Positions 52,292 to 64,000 of a stretch of 64,000 bases of DNA are shown piece after piece. The notes under the pieces were generated by a model. It was not told the DNA's origin and searched no databases. It saw nothing but the letters and a program-made list of their open reading frames with translations. The translations under genes were made by a program, and so were the position numbers. How positions within the stretch are numbered: position 1 is the stretch's first letter; every line of letters begins with the position of its first letter. This DNA comes from an uncultured bacterium (GTDB taxonomy: Bacteria; Desulfobacterota; Syntrophorhabdia; Syntrophorhabdales; JANXAF01): assembly GCA_938084905.1 (NCBI GenBank), contig CALKEQ010000002.1, positions 11,129 through 75,128 on the forward strand, given 5' to 3'.

Positions 52292-53500
52292 TTAAACCTC
52301 AAATTCCTTCAATTTTCTTGCAAAATTTTTCCCAAAATCGTAACACCTTTTTTCATCCTCATCTCTTAGAGCGTAATTCACCTCTACGCCTGGTTCCACT
52401 GTTTCCAAACCCATTTTTTTCAGAAGTTCATAAGCCTCCTTTACCGCTCCTCCTGACCATCCGTAACTTCCGAAAGCTCCTGCTATTTTCATCTTCGGTT
52501 TTAGCCCGAAAAGGTGGTGCAGAAATTCAGCAACAGATGGAAACATGGAATTGTTCAAAGTCGGGGTTCCCACAAGCAGACCCCTAAGTTTTGAGACTTC
52601 CTTTATTGCGTAACTTGAGGGGGTAGATCTAAGCTTAATGGCTTTCACTCTTACACCCTCATCAGCAATTCCCCTCATAATTGGAAAGACCATTCGTTCT
52701 GTCGTACCCCACATAGTATCGTAAACAATAATTGCGCCCATCTCTGATTTACAATTTGCCAGATCCAGGTAAATATTTATGGCCTTCTTTGGATCCTTCC
52801 TCCAAACTACACCATGATCTGGAGCTATGACCTCTAAATCTACCCCCAATTTTCCTAGCTCCTCAATCTTTGCCTTTATAAGGTTTCCAAAGGGCATAAG
52901 TATATTGGCGTAGTAATCGTAAACTGCATCTTCAAGCTCAAAGGAAGAGTAAGTCTCCACAAATTCGTCATCGAATCTGCATGTTGAGGCGAAATGGATA
53001 CCGAATATGTCCTGTGAAATTAGTGTCCTTAACTCCTTTACGTATGTAACCATCGAGTCGGGCCAGTGGAGCATGGGTGTTTCAATGAAAAGGAGATTGT
53101 AGATCCCAGTATTTAAGATCTCACCTGTTTTAACTACCTTCACTCTTGATGGTTCAACGTTGAACATTCTCTCAAGTCCTTTTTTCCCTCTCTCCGTTAT
53201 GTAAATTTTACAGTTGGGCATCTCCCTCAAAAAAGCTTCAAAAGCTCCAAGATGATCTGGCTCTATGTGATTTATAACGAAATTTTTTATCTTATTCGGT
53301 TCCACTATCCTTCTTACGTTGTCAATGCTGTAACTGAAAAAGTCTCTATGAACGGAATCGAAAAGGGTTATATCTCTGTCCAAAAGGAGATAGTTGTTGT
53401 AGGTGGTGCCATTTCTCGTCACGTAACCATGAAAATCCCTAACACCCCAGTCTATCGCTCCAACCCAGTAAAGGTCCTCCTTTACCTTTATAGGCTCCAT
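52292..53500 (-). CDS. flavodiiron protein (FprA/ROO-type O2/NO reductase)
   Basis: Metallo-beta-lactamase-like di-iron domain (INHIEPDHLG) plus a C-terminal flavodoxin domain. ATG 53500 is preceded by GGAGG. The track start 53599 adds 33 unlikely residues. Confidence 0.88.
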   Translation of the reverse strand: MEPIKVKEDLYWVGAIDWGVRDFHGYVTRNGTTYNNYLLLDRDITLFDSVHRDFFSYSIDNVRRIVEPNKIKNFVINHIEPDHLGAFEAFLREMPNCKIYITERGKKGLERMFNVEPSRVKVVKTGEILNTGIYNLLFIETPMLHWPDSMVTYVKELRTLISQDIFGIHFASTCRFDDEFVETYSSFELEDAVYDYYANILMPFGNLIKAKIEELGKLGVDLEVIAPDHGVVWRKDPKKAINIYLDLANCKSEMGAIIVYDTMWGTTERMVFPIMRGIADEGVRVKAIKLRSTPSSYAIKEVSKLRGLLVGTPTLNNSMFPSVAEFLHHLFGLKPKMKIAGAFGSYGWSGGAVKEAYELLKKMGLETVEPGVEVNYALRDEDEKRCYDFGKNFARKLKEFEV

Positions 53501-53613
53501 ACGAACCTCCTTTTTTTTACAAAAATGATAAAGGAAAGGGGGGAAAATATCAAGAAACTGAAAATTCTGGACTTTTTCAGATGACCGTGGTAGAGACAAT
53601 CTAAAACCGGGGT

Positions 53614-54471
53614 ATGAGCTTAAAGAGGATTAGGCGCATCTTCAAAATCTCCCTCCTTCCCATAACCATAATGGTTGTCCCTCATGCAAAGATGAAGCCT
53701 AAAAAAATAGAAATCCCATTTTGCCTACTTCTCTTTCTATTCACTTTTTTCCTGGTTGGTGTTCTTTACACGTTCTCAACTGCCACAAAGTCGATTGAAT
53801 ACAGAAGGATGAAGAGGATGGTTGAGTATTACAAAGGTGAGTTTGAATCGTTGAACACAAAAGTGAAATCTCTCAACGATACTCAGAATGAGCTTGCAAG
53901 ACTCCTTGCACTTAGATCTAAAAAAAAGATCTTTGAGACCATTGAAGATTCCGACACTGATTCCACAGACATCCAGTCTATAAAGAGGGAGATTGATAAG
54001 GCAATTGAAAGTGTATGGGAGATAAAAAAGTACTTAAGGGAAGAAAAGGACAGATATTTTTCAACTCCCATTGGTTGGCCGGTTCGGGGGAAGATAACTT
54101 CCCGTTTCGGCTCAAGGGAACATCCATTAACGAAAAGTGATTCCTTCCACTCCGGAATAGATATAAGTGTTCCAGAAGGAACTCCAATCCGGGCTACAGC
54201 ATCCGGTATAGTTGTGTATTCTGGCTGGTCATACGGAAAGGGTAACACCGTTGTAATCGAACACGGACATTCCTTTACCACTCTTTACGCCCACAATAAG
54301 AAGAACCTTGTAACAGTAGGTCAAAGAGTTAAAAGGGGAGATGTTATCGCCATTTCTGGCTCATCGGGAGACACAACAGGACCTCACGTCCATTACGAAG
54401 TCTGGAAAAACGGTAGACCTGTCAATCCAGAGAGATATTTGGCGTGGGAAGGGAATGTTTATAAAGAATAA
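53614..54471 (+). CDS. M23 family (LytM-domain) peptidoglycan metallopeptidase, membrane-anchored
   Basis: 285 aa. TM helix, coiled coil, HSGIDISVPEGTPI and TGPHVHYEV motifs. Confidence 0.85.
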   Translation: MSLKRIRRIFKISLLPITIMVVPHAKMKPKKIEIPFCLLLFLFTFFLVGVLYTFSTATKSIEYRRMKRMVEYYKGEFESLNTKVKSLNDTQNELARLLALRSKKKIFETIEDSDTDSTDIQSIKREIDKAIESVWEIKKYLREEKDRYFSTPIGWPVRGKITSRFGSREHPLTKSDSFHSGIDISVPEGTPIRATASGIVVYSGWSYGKGNTVVIEHGHSFTTLYAHNKKNLVTVGQRVKRGDVIAISGSSGDTTGPHVHYEVWKNGRPVNPERYLAWEGNVYKE

Positions 54472-54847
54472 GCAGCAAATAGAGGTAATAATAGGTCCTA
54501 AAACTCAACTGAAGGGTGATCTTGTTACAAAGGGATTAGCCCGCATAGACGGTCAGGTTGAGGGAAATGTGGATGCAGATTGGGTCATACTTGGAGAAAC
54601 AGGATCTATAAAGGGAAACATAAATTCGAGGGGTGCTATCATAGACGGAAAGGTTGAGGGAAATATAAGGACAAGCGAAATAGTAGAAATAAAATCTCGT
54701 GGACAAGTAAGGGGCGATATTTCAACCCCAAGACTTACCGTTTCTGAAGGTGCTTTCTTTGAGGGTCATTCTCACATGTTGAAAAAAGAGGGGGATGAAA
54801 AAAGGACTGTATTGCCTCTTTCTCAGAAAGATAAAGATGTGAATTGA
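54455..54847 (+). CDS. bactofilin
   Basis: Repetitive beta-helix pattern (GDLVTKGLARIDGQVEGNVDADWVILGETGSIKGNINSRGAIIDGKVEGNI). ATG 54455 overlaps the M23 gene by 17 nt. Confidence 0.85.
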   Translation: MFIKNKQQIEVIIGPKTQLKGDLVTKGLARIDGQVEGNVDADWVILGETGSIKGNINSRGAIIDGKVEGNIRTSEIVEIKSRGQVRGDISTPRLTVSEGAFFEGHSHMLKKEGDEKRTVLPLSQKDKDVN

Positions 54848-54872
54848 AGATCATACGGCAAAATAGGAGAAC

Positions 54873-56138
54873 CTATTTCCCCCTCAGAGAGTCCCAGCTT
54901 TTCAGTATCTGGAGCGCAACGTACAGCTGGAGGTCCTCTCCGTCTGTTTTCGAATCTGAATCCCCGTTTCTTCTAATCTCCCTTTTTTCTCCTTGATCCT
55001 TCTGTTTTTGACGATCCTGGACTTTTGCCTTATGGAAGCTCTCTCCAATTGTTATGTCTGGGGTTATACCCTCCGTCTGTATGGACCTACCCTTTGGAGT
55101 GAAGTACTTCGCCGTTGTAAGTTTTACTGCCGAACCATCCCCTAAAGGGAAAATGGTCTGAACGGAACCTTTCCCAAATGTTTTTGTTCCAACGATTATA
55201 GCCCTTTTGTGGTCCTGGAGAGCCCCTGCCACAATCTCTGAAGCACTAGCACTTCCCTCATTCACAAGTACAACGAGAGGCCCAAAATAAACATCCTCCT
55301 TTTCAGCGAAGAACCTCATCTTGTTTTCCCTATTCTTTCCCTCTATCGACACTATAAGACCCTGCGTAATAAACCCGTCTGCTACTGCCACTGCCTGGTC
55401 TAGGAGGCCACCCGGGTTATTTCGCAAATCGAGAACTACCCCTTTAAGCTGGTTAACATTCTTTTTAAGCTCAGCAAAGGCCTTTTTTAAATCCTCAAAG
55501 GTCCTCTCCTGGAACTGGGTTATCTTTACGTATCCGTATCCATCTTCCAGTACTTTGAACTTAACGCTTTTTACCTTTATTATGTCCCTTACAATCGTCA
55601 CATCCTGGGGGACGGTGAATCCCTCCCTCATTATTGTCAGTGTTACCGCCTTTCCCTTCTCTCCCCTTATCATTCTTACAACTTCGAGGAGGCCCATGTT
55701 TTTTGTTGGCTTACCATCTATTTTAATAATGTGATCACCAGGTTTGAGCCCTGCTTTGCTTGCTGGGGTATCCTCTATTGGAGTGATGACAGTTGGAAAT
55801 CCGTCCTTTATGGTGAGCTCTATCCCAATTCCTCCAAATTCTCCCTTTGTTTCTGTCTGCATCTCTTTGTACATTTCCGAATCGAGAAAGGCTGAGTAAG
55901 GGTCCAAGGACTCAAGAATCCCTTTTATAGCGGAATAAACTATCTGCCTGTCATTGACCTCTTCAACGTAGTTTTTCTTTACGAGTTCTATCACGTGGGA
56001 AAAGGTTCTCAGATATTCGTACATTTCACCTTCTGGGAGGTGCTTATCGGATCTTTTGCCCTGAACTCCAAGTATGAAACCGAAAAGAAAGATGAGACAA
56101 AAGGACAAGCCAACCAAAACCTTCATTTTATTGTTCAT
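54873..56138 (-). CDS. carboxy-terminal processing protease (S41 family) with PDZ domain
   Basis: 421 aa. GIGIEL, PDZ (AGLKPGDHIIKIDG), LVNEGSASASEI, TFGKGSVQ. Confidence 0.9.
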   Translation of the reverse strand: MNNKMKVLVGLSFCLIFLFGFILGVQGKRSDKHLPEGEMYEYLRTFSHVIELVKKNYVEEVNDRQIVYSAIKGILESLDPYSAFLDSEMYKEMQTETKGEFGGIGIELTIKDGFPTVITPIEDTPASKAGLKPGDHIIKIDGKPTKNMGLLEVVRMIRGEKGKAVTLTIMREGFTVPQDVTIVRDIIKVKSVKFKVLEDGYGYVKITQFQERTFEDLKKAFAELKKNVNQLKGVVLDLRNNPGGLLDQAVAVADGFITQGLIVSIEGKNRENKMRFFAEKEDVYFGPLVVLVNEGSASASEIVAGALQDHKRAIIVGTKTFGKGSVQTIFPLGDGSAVKLTTAKYFTPKGRSIQTEGITPDITIGESFHKAKVQDRQKQKDQGEKREIRRNGDSDSKTDGEDLQLYVALQILKSWDSLRGK

Positions 56139-56199
56139 AAATTTCCTCTCCTTTCGAAAAAATAATACACGAATCCGATCCTCCGTTTCAATCCCGTTG

Positions 56200-56228
56200 T
56201 TGACTATTGTGGGCTTTTCTATTAAGAT
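56200..56228 (+). promoter_or_regulatory. sigma70-like promoter of ffh (TTGACT-N17-TAAGAT), leaderless geometry
   Basis: TTGACT 56200..56205 and TAAGAT 56223..56228. ATG 56237 lies 8 nt after the -10 with no SD. Confidence 0.45.
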
Positions 56229-56236
56229 ATTCAGTC

Positions 56237-57568
56237 ATGTTTGAAAGACTCCAAGAGAGATTCGAAACCCTATTCAAAAAGATAAAAGGTCAAGGTAAGC
56301 TCACAGAGGAAAATATAAAAGAGGCCCTAAGGGATGTGAGGATAGCCTTACTTGAAGCGGATGTGAACTACAAGGTTGTTAAAGATTTTCTCGAAAAGGT
56401 AAAGGAGAAGGCGATAGGTCAGGGAGTCTTAACCAGCATAACCCCAGGTCAGCTATTCATCAAGATAGTGTACGATGAGTTGACCCAACTTCTTGGAAGT
56501 TCACACTCCCCTTTGAATCTTGGCGGGCCTCCTCCTCATCCTATAATGTTAATCGGACTTCAGGGCTCAGGAAAGACAACCACAGCGGGAAAGTTGGCCC
56601 TTTTTTTGAGAAAAAAGGGGAAAAGACCTCTTCTCATCTCTACAGATACTCGCCGTCCGGCAGCAATGGAACAACTAAAAAAAATTTCTTCTCAGATTGA
56701 TGTTCCTTTCTTCTCTTTTGAGGGCCAAAAAGACCCCCTATCAATATGTAAGGATGCCAGGCAGTATGCGATAAAGACCTATAGTGATGTCCTCATATTT
56801 GACACTGCGGGAAGACTCCACATCGATGAAGATTTACTGGAGGAGCTTGTCGAACAGAAAAAGGCCATATCCCCCTGCGAGGTTCTCTTAACTGTTGATG
56901 GTATGACTGGTCAGGACGCTTTAAACATTGCAAAGGCTTTTGACGAGAAAATAGGCGTAACAGGCTTTATACTGACAAAAATGGATGGGGATGCACGGGG
57001 AGGGGCGGCTCTTTCGATCAAGGCGGTAACTGGTAAACCAATTAAGTTCATAGGAACGGGAGAAAAACTTGACTGTTTGGAACAGTTCCATCCCGAAAGG
57101 ATAGCTTCAAGGATCCTTGGAATGGGTGATATAGTCTCCCTTGTTGAAAAGGCTCAAGAGGCATTTGAGGAAAAGAAGGCAAAGGAATTGGAGAGGAAGC
57201 TTCGTACCGATCAGTTCACCCTTGAAGATTTCAGGGAACAGCTAAGACAGGTAAAAAAGCTCGGTTCTATTGAGTCGATACTCAGTATGATCCCGGGTTT
57301 TTCAAAGTTTAGAAGTAGTTTAGATCTCTCCGAAACGGAAAAGGAACTGAAAAAAATGGAAGCCATTTTGAATTCGATGACTAAAAAGGAAAGGCTCAAT
57401 CCCCAAATAATAGATGGAAGCAGAAGACTGAGAATTGCAAAAGGCAGTGGAACGACCGTTCAAGACGTAAATGAACTCCTAAGGAAGTATAACGAGCTAA
57501 AAAAGCTGATGAGAAAACTGACAAGGGGAGAATTAAAAGGGTTCAAGCCGGGGATATTCTTTCGTTGA
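56237..57568 (+). CDS. ffh: signal recognition particle protein Ffh
   Basis: MFERLQERFETLFKKIKG is a canonical Ffh N-terminus. GLQGSGKTTT, DTAGRL, TKMDGDARGG, Met-rich M domain. The track start 56207 adds 10 residues. Confidence 0.95.
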   Translation: MFERLQERFETLFKKIKGQGKLTEENIKEALRDVRIALLEADVNYKVVKDFLEKVKEKAIGQGVLTSITPGQLFIKIVYDELTQLLGSSHSPLNLGGPPPHPIMLIGLQGSGKTTTAGKLALFLRKKGKRPLLISTDTRRPAAMEQLKKISSQIDVPFFSFEGQKDPLSICKDARQYAIKTYSDVLIFDTAGRLHIDEDLLEELVEQKKAISPCEVLLTVDGMTGQDALNIAKAFDEKIGVTGFILTKMDGDARGGAALSIKAVTGKPIKFIGTGEKLDCLEQFHPERIASRILGMGDIVSLVEKAQEAFEEKKAKELERKLRTDQFTLEDFREQLRQVKKLGSIESILSMIPGFSKFRSSLDLSETEKELKKMEAILNSMTKKERLNPQIIDGSRRLRIAKGSGTTVQDVNELLRKYNELKKLMRKLTRGELKGFKPGIFFR

Positions 57569-57580
57569 GGAGGTGTAAAA

Positions 57581-57838
57581 TTGGCTATAAGGTTCAGGCT
57601 TGCTCGCTTTGGAACGAAAAAAAGACCTTTTTACCGGATCGTTGTTGCTGACTCGAGAGCCCCAAGGGATGGAAGATTTATCGAGAAGGTGGGGACTTAC
57701 GATCCACTTCAAAACCCGGAGAAGATCACTCTTGACAGGGAAAAGATTTTTATGTGGTACAAAAGAGGAGCCCGTCCTACTGAGACGGTAAAAAACATCT
57801 TCAAAAAAGAAGGGATATTGAGCGAACTATCAAAATAA
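57581..57838 (+). CDS. rpsP: 30S ribosomal protein S16
   Basis: [38 protein letters not shown] start preceded by the GAGGAGG SD. Confidence 0.95.
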   Translation: MAIRFRLARFGTKKRPFYRIVVADSRAPRDGRFIEKVGTYDPLQNPEKITLDREKIFMWYKRGARPTETVKNIFKKEGILSELSK

Positions 57839-57839
57839 T

Positions 57840-58091
57840 ATGGATGGAGGTGGAGCCGTGTTAAAAGAGTTGATCGAGTACATTGCAAAGGCATTGGTGG
57901 ATCATCCCGATCAGGTTAAAGTTTCGGAAATCGAGGGAGAAAAAACGTCTGTGATCGAGCTCAACGTCTCCAAGGAAGACCTCGGAAAGGTTATTGGGAA
58001 ACAGGGAAGAACGGCAAGGGCGATGAGGACCATTCTGAGTGCAGCCTCAACTAAGGTTAAAAAGAGAGCTGTACTCGAAATAATTGAATGA
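57840..58091 (+). CDS. KH-domain RNA-binding protein (YlqC/UPF0109 family)
   Basis: [21 protein letters not shown]...[18 protein letters not shown]. Conserved position between rpsP and rimM. Confidence 0.85.
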   Translation: MDGGGAVLKELIEYIAKALVDHPDQVKVSEIEGEKTSVIELNVSKEDLGKVIGKQGRTARAMRTILSAASTKVKKRAVLEIIE

Positions 58092-58585
58092 GCCTCTATA
58101 TACCGGTTGGCCGGATTAGATCTGCCCACGGTATAAAGGGAGAGGTTAAATTCCAGTATTACAATGAGGTGTACGAGGATTTTCTCAAATACACCTCATT
58201 GTACCACGATGAGAAAGGTGAAAAATCCCGACTAACCCTTAAAAGAGTAAGAATTAGGGGTTCGACTTTCATTCTCCAATTTGAAGAAATCAAGGATCGC
58301 GACAGTGCGGAAAAACTAAAGGGGAAGGTCCTCTACGTTAGGGAAGAGGATCTTCCTGAACTTGAAGAGGGTGAGTACTACATTTACCAGATAATGGATA
58401 TGGAAGTCAAAAATGAAAGGGGGGATCTCCTCGGAAGGGTAAAAGAGGTGATAAACACCGGGACTCATCATGTTCTCGATGTTGTAGGCAAAAGAGAGGT
58501 ACTCATCCCGATGGTGGAGGGATTCATAATCTCCGTGGATTTAAAAAGCAAGGAGCTTATAGTTAGAGAGCCTGAGTACCTGTGA
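58088..58585 (+). CDS. rimM: 16S rRNA processing protein RimM
   Basis: 165 aa. [18 protein letters not shown]-barrel C-terminus. ATGA overlap with the KH gene. Confidence 0.9.
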   Translation: MSLYIPVGRIRSAHGIKGEVKFQYYNEVYEDFLKYTSLYHDEKGEKSRLTLKRVRIRGSTFILQFEEIKDRDSAEKLKGKVLYVREEDLPELEEGEYYIYQIMDMEVKNERGDLLGRVKEVINTGTHHVLDVVGKREVLIPMVEGFIISVDLKSKELIVREPEYL

Positions 58586-58589
58586 ATCT

Positions 58590-58770
58590 TTAAGTGTTAT
58601 CCATTATAAATCTCCTAATTGATCTGTCATACGTTTTCTCGGCCTCTTTTGAAAAGAAACATCCAGGTATCTCTCTTCTTGACCTGTGGTACTCAACGCA
58701 CTCGCAGCATCTACCCTTCTTGGAACAGGGTTCATAAGTACAAGTACATAAACTTCTGTTTTTCTCAATG

Positions 58771-58781
<11 letters not shown>
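58590..58781 (-). CDS. small Cys-rich protein of unknown function (8 Cys in 63 aa)
   Basis: [43 protein letters not shown]... ATG 58781 is preceded by GGAGGAG. Overlaps the LarA-like gene by 11 nt. From memory it resembles a widespread uncharacterised ~60-aa family. Confidence 0.55.
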
Positions 58782-61322
<2,541 letters not shown>

Positions 61323-61336
61323 TCATGTCAAAATTC

Positions 61337-62347
61337 TCAACATATCCTCGGAAGAGGGTTACCCGAAAGCATGTTTAGCCTCCTCGTTCCCCCGATTTGC
61401 GTCCTCATAAATAGATCGCCTCTTCCCTCTTTTACGATACCTATTACGGAAGCCCAATTAAGGTTAAGCCCATTTTTCATAAAATCAAGAAGATCTTTCG
61501 ATAAGCTCGATTCGACAAAAATCACGAACTTCCCTTCATTTGCAAGATAAAGAGGGTCAAGACCCAAAATCTCACAGACCCCCCTTACTTCCTTTTCAAC
61601 GGGGATCTTCTCCTCCTCTAGGAAGATGTCTATAATCCCAGATGAATTGGCAATCTCTTTTAGGCATGTGGCAAGTCCTCCCCTCGTTAGATCCCTCATG
61701 TACTTGATACCTTCTCCAAATTCCATAAGTATCCTTTCAATGATCGAGTTTAGGGGGGCACAGTCGCTCTTTATATTCGATTTGAAACTGAAATTTCCCC
61801 TATTTAGGAGTATGCATAGGCCGTGATTTCCAATTGGCCCGTTGACTATCACTTCATCTCCCGGTTTGATTAAATTCTTTCCAAGTTTCACACCTTCCAT
61901 TTGGACTCCCACACCCGTAGTGGTTATGAATATTTTGTCCGCCTGATTCTTTCCCACAACCTTTGTATCCCCTGCTACTATCTGTACCTTTGCCTCCCTA
62001 CACGCCTCAGACATTGAAATTACGACCCTTTCAAGAGTTGATAGGGGAAGACCTTCTTCAATTATAAAGGAGGCCGCAATGTAGAGGGGTTTTGCACCTG
62101 AGACTGAAAGATCGTTAACTGTTCCGTAAACCGAAAGCTTCCCTATGTCTCCTCCTGGGAAGAATATGGGATCTACAACGTAGCTATCCGTTGTTATAAG
62201 AACCCTTTTCCCTCTCAGAATCACAGATGTAGCATCATCCATGCTTTCAAGAAGTGGATTCCCTATATGGGGGACGAAGTACTTTTCTATTAGATTATGC
62301 GTAAGAAGGCCCCCATCCCCATGAGAAAGGAGAATCAAATCTTCCAT
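61337..62347 (-). CDS. hypE: hydrogenase maturation protein HypE
   Basis: 336 aa. PurM-like fold and the C-terminal PRIC motif. Confidence 0.93.
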   Translation of the reverse strand: MEDLILLSHGDGGLLTHNLIEKYFVPHIGNPLLESMDDATSVILRGKRVLITTDSYVVDPIFFPGGDIGKLSVYGTVNDLSVSGAKPLYIAASFIIEEGLPLSTLERVVISMSEACREAKVQIVAGDTKVVGKNQADKIFITTTGVGVQMEGVKLGKNLIKPGDEVIVNGPIGNHGLCILLNRGNFSFKSNIKSDCAPLNSIIERILMEFGEGIKYMRDLTRGGLATCLKEIANSSGIIDIFLEEEKIPVEKEVRGVCEILGLDPLYLANEGKFVIFVESSLSKDLLDFMKNGLNLNWASVIGIVKEGRGDLFMRTQIGGTRRLNMLSGNPLPRIC

Positions 62348-62350
62348 TTA

Positions 62351-63436
62351 CTAAACCCCAAAATGGTAATAGGCAGAACATGCACCTTCCTGCGAAACCA
62401 TGCAAGGGCCATAAGGCTCCGAAGGATTGCAAACTTTCTCAAAAAGCTTACACTCTGGAGGTTTCTTTTTCCCTTTTATTATTTCCCCGCATATGCATCC
62501 ATTTTTCCTCTCTACCATCTCTATTGCTGGCAGCTCAAATTTCCTTGATGCGTCGTAGTCCGCATACTCTTCCCTTATACTTAAACCGCTTTCCGGAATT
62601 TCTCCGAAACCCCTCCAGGAAACGGAACATGGTTCAAAGACCTCTTCAATCATTTTTTGAGCCTTTACATTTCCCTCTTCTTTTACAAGCCTTCTATAAC
62701 CAATCTGAACCTCAGGTGCTCCTTTCAGTATCTGCAAAAGTACCATTCCTATTGCCTCGATCACATCTTCTGGTTCAAATCCGGAGATACAAGAGGGAAG
62801 ATTGAAATCCCTAGCTACAAAATCGAAAGCCTTCCTTCCAGTAATTGTGCATACGTGCCCTGGTAGAATGAGTCCATCAAGTGAGAGCTCAGGATCATCG
62901 AGCAGTACTCTCATAGCTGGAGGAAGCGTCTTGTGCAGGGAAAGAACTGAAAAGTTCTTTATTCCCCATTCCTTTGCTAGGAGGATCGAATGGGATACGA
63001 TTGGCGCGGTGGTCTCAAATCCCACACCTATGAAGACCACCTCCCTTTCAGGGTGTTTTTCTGCGTACTTTAATGAATCGAGTGGGGAATAGAAAACTTC
63101 CACATTTGCTCCTTTTGCCCTTTCCTTCTCTAATGAGGAGAAACTTCCGGGTACCTTAATCATATCGCCAAATGTTGATATAGTTAAACCTTTTTTCCGT
63201 GCGAAAAAAATCACTCTGTCAATGTCTCTCTGGTCTGTCACACATACAGGACAGCCCGGTCCGCTCAAGAGTTCAATTGAATCAGCAAAGAGGGCTCTTA
63301 TACCGCTTTTCGAAATTACCATCGTATGAGTTCCACAAACCTCCATTAATTTTATTTTCCTTCCCATTCTTTCCCTGACCTTTCTTGCCAGGTTTATAAC
63401 TTCCCTCAAAAGATCGCTCTCATTCCATTTTTCCAT
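62351..63436 (-). CDS. hypD: hydrogenase maturation protein HypD
   Basis: 361 aa. EVCGTHT, GPGCPVCV, C-terminal Cys cluster (CICGEII...CKLF...CNPSEPYGPCMVSQEGAC). Confidence 0.93.
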   Translation of the reverse strand: MEKWNESDLLREVINLARKVRERMGRKIKLMEVCGTHTMVISKSGIRALFADSIELLSGPGCPVCVTDQRDIDRVIFFARKKGLTISTFGDMIKVPGSFSSLEKERAKGANVEVFYSPLDSLKYAEKHPEREVVFIGVGFETTAPIVSHSILLAKEWGIKNFSVLSLHKTLPPAMRVLLDDPELSLDGLILPGHVCTITGRKAFDFVARDFNLPSCISGFEPEDVIEAIGMVLLQILKGAPEVQIGYRRLVKEEGNVKAQKMIEEVFEPCSVSWRGFGEIPESGLSIREEYADYDASRKFELPAIEMVERKNGCICGEIIKGKKKPPECKLFEKVCNPSEPYGPCMVSQEGACSAYYHFGV

Positions 63437-63656
63437 ATGCCATTATCTCCTCTATTAACCTTCGCCTTTCTTCTGCTTCTTCCCTTTCTATTTTTCCTAT
63501 TGCAAAACCTGCGTGAATTATAACACAGTCCCCTTCCTTAACTTTCTCATCGAGGATTCCTATTTGAACTGTGAATATTGCTCCGTTAGAGTCAACGAGC
63601 GCCGACTTTTCATCTTCCCTAACTTCAAGAACAAAGGCCGGTATTCCAAGGCACAT
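63420..63656 (-). CDS. hypC: hydrogenase maturation chaperone HypC
   Basis: 78 aa. N-terminal MCLGIPA. Confidence 0.9.
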   Translation of the reverse strand: MCLGIPAFVLEVREDEKSALVDSNGAIFTVQIGILDEKVKEGDCVIIHAGFAIGKIEREEAEERRRLIEEIMAYGKME

Positions 63657-63666
63657 AAAGAACCTC

Positions 63667-64000
63667 CTATATCTTCGACAGTGCTATCATTGCCTGTCCA
63701 AGGGCTATACCACCATCGTTTGTTGGAACTTTCTCGTGTGTATAGACCTCATACCCGTTCGAAGATAAAAGCCTCTTCAGCTTTATGAGGATATATTCGT
63801 TGTGAAAGGTACCCCCGCTAAACACAACCTTATTTATACCGAATCTTCTCGATGCTTTCTCAACGCATTCCTTTACAATTTGGATGATTGTATTGTGGAA
63901 TTTCAAGGATATAAGATAAGGGGAGAGACCTTTTTCCTTGTCCTTTATGATGGCGAGGATAGTCTTTTCAGGCAAAATAACCTCTTCTCTTATTTCGTAC
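63667..64000 (-). CDS. hypF: carbamoyltransferase HypF, C-terminal part only (5' end off-window)
   Basis: The frame stays open to the window edge (YEIREEVILPEKTILAII...). VVFSGGTFHNEYI and NDGGIALGQA are typical of the HypF C-terminus. Confidence 0.88.
   Translation of the reverse strand, partial: YEIREEVILPEKTILAIIKDKEKGLSPYLISLKFHNTIIQIVKECVEKASRRFGINKVVFSGGTFHNEYILIKLKRLLSSNGYEVYTHEKVPTNDGGIALGQAMIALSKI

Noticed and set aside
53501-53599. 33-codon N-terminal extension of the flavodiiron protein ORF. Similar track extensions occur at 21834..21872 (pilin), 56207..56236 (ffh), 54341..54454 (bactofilin) and 58782..58820 (Cys-rich protein).
   Set aside because: In each case an internal ATG has a strong GGAGG SD or matches the canonical family N-terminus, and the extension has no homology-like features.

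Overview
Gene-dense chromosomal segment, roughly 95% coding. The proteins are K/E/I-rich, which suggests a thermophilic anaerobe, and many genes overlap by 1-30 nt. I found no rRNA, tRNA, CRISPR array, transposase or integrase.

Content from left to right:
1. Reverse-strand methylmalonyl-CoA mutase / MeaB / GntR / family-III CoA-transferase cluster.
2. A metV-metF (methylene-THF reductase) pair led by a GltD-like flavoprotein fused to ferredoxin and MvhD domains.
3. An embedded two-component system: tandem-REC protein, GAF histidine kinase and NarL-type regulator.
4. A second, convergent metV-metF pair that sits in one operon with a Tat-less [NiFe] hydrogenase (small and large subunits).
5. 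An orphan radical SAM gene and a BioF-like gene.
6. A roughly 20-kb reverse-strand type IV / MSHA-like pilus cluster. It holds four minor pilins, a PilMN fusion, PilO, PilP, a lipoprotein secretin, a TPR protein, an extended PilT-like ATPase, PilT, PilB, PilC, a PilS/PilR-like pair and a sigma-54 promoter driving two tandem pilins. Two GT-C / Wzy_C membrane enzymes lie just downstream, and an ExeA-like ATPase is transcribed divergently.
7. Hydrogenase maturation protease, rpmB, rel, a REC-cyclase, a PAS kinase, PP2C, PBP1A, miaA, scpB and a second pilT-pilU pair.
8. A multiply disrupted feoAB locus (pseudogene).
9. Flavodiiron protein, an M23 peptidase plus bactofilin pair, Ctp protease, ffh-rpsP-KH-rimM, a LarA-like gene with a small Cys-rich partner, eno, and hypEDC plus the 3' end of hypF.

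The most interesting candidate is the hydS-hydL-metV-metF operon, a possible direct H2:methylene-THF oxidoreductase. It is mirrored by a second MetVF module with a different electron-input protein, with a two-component system between them.

All functional calls rest on motifs recognised by eye in the supplied translations. No database search was run.
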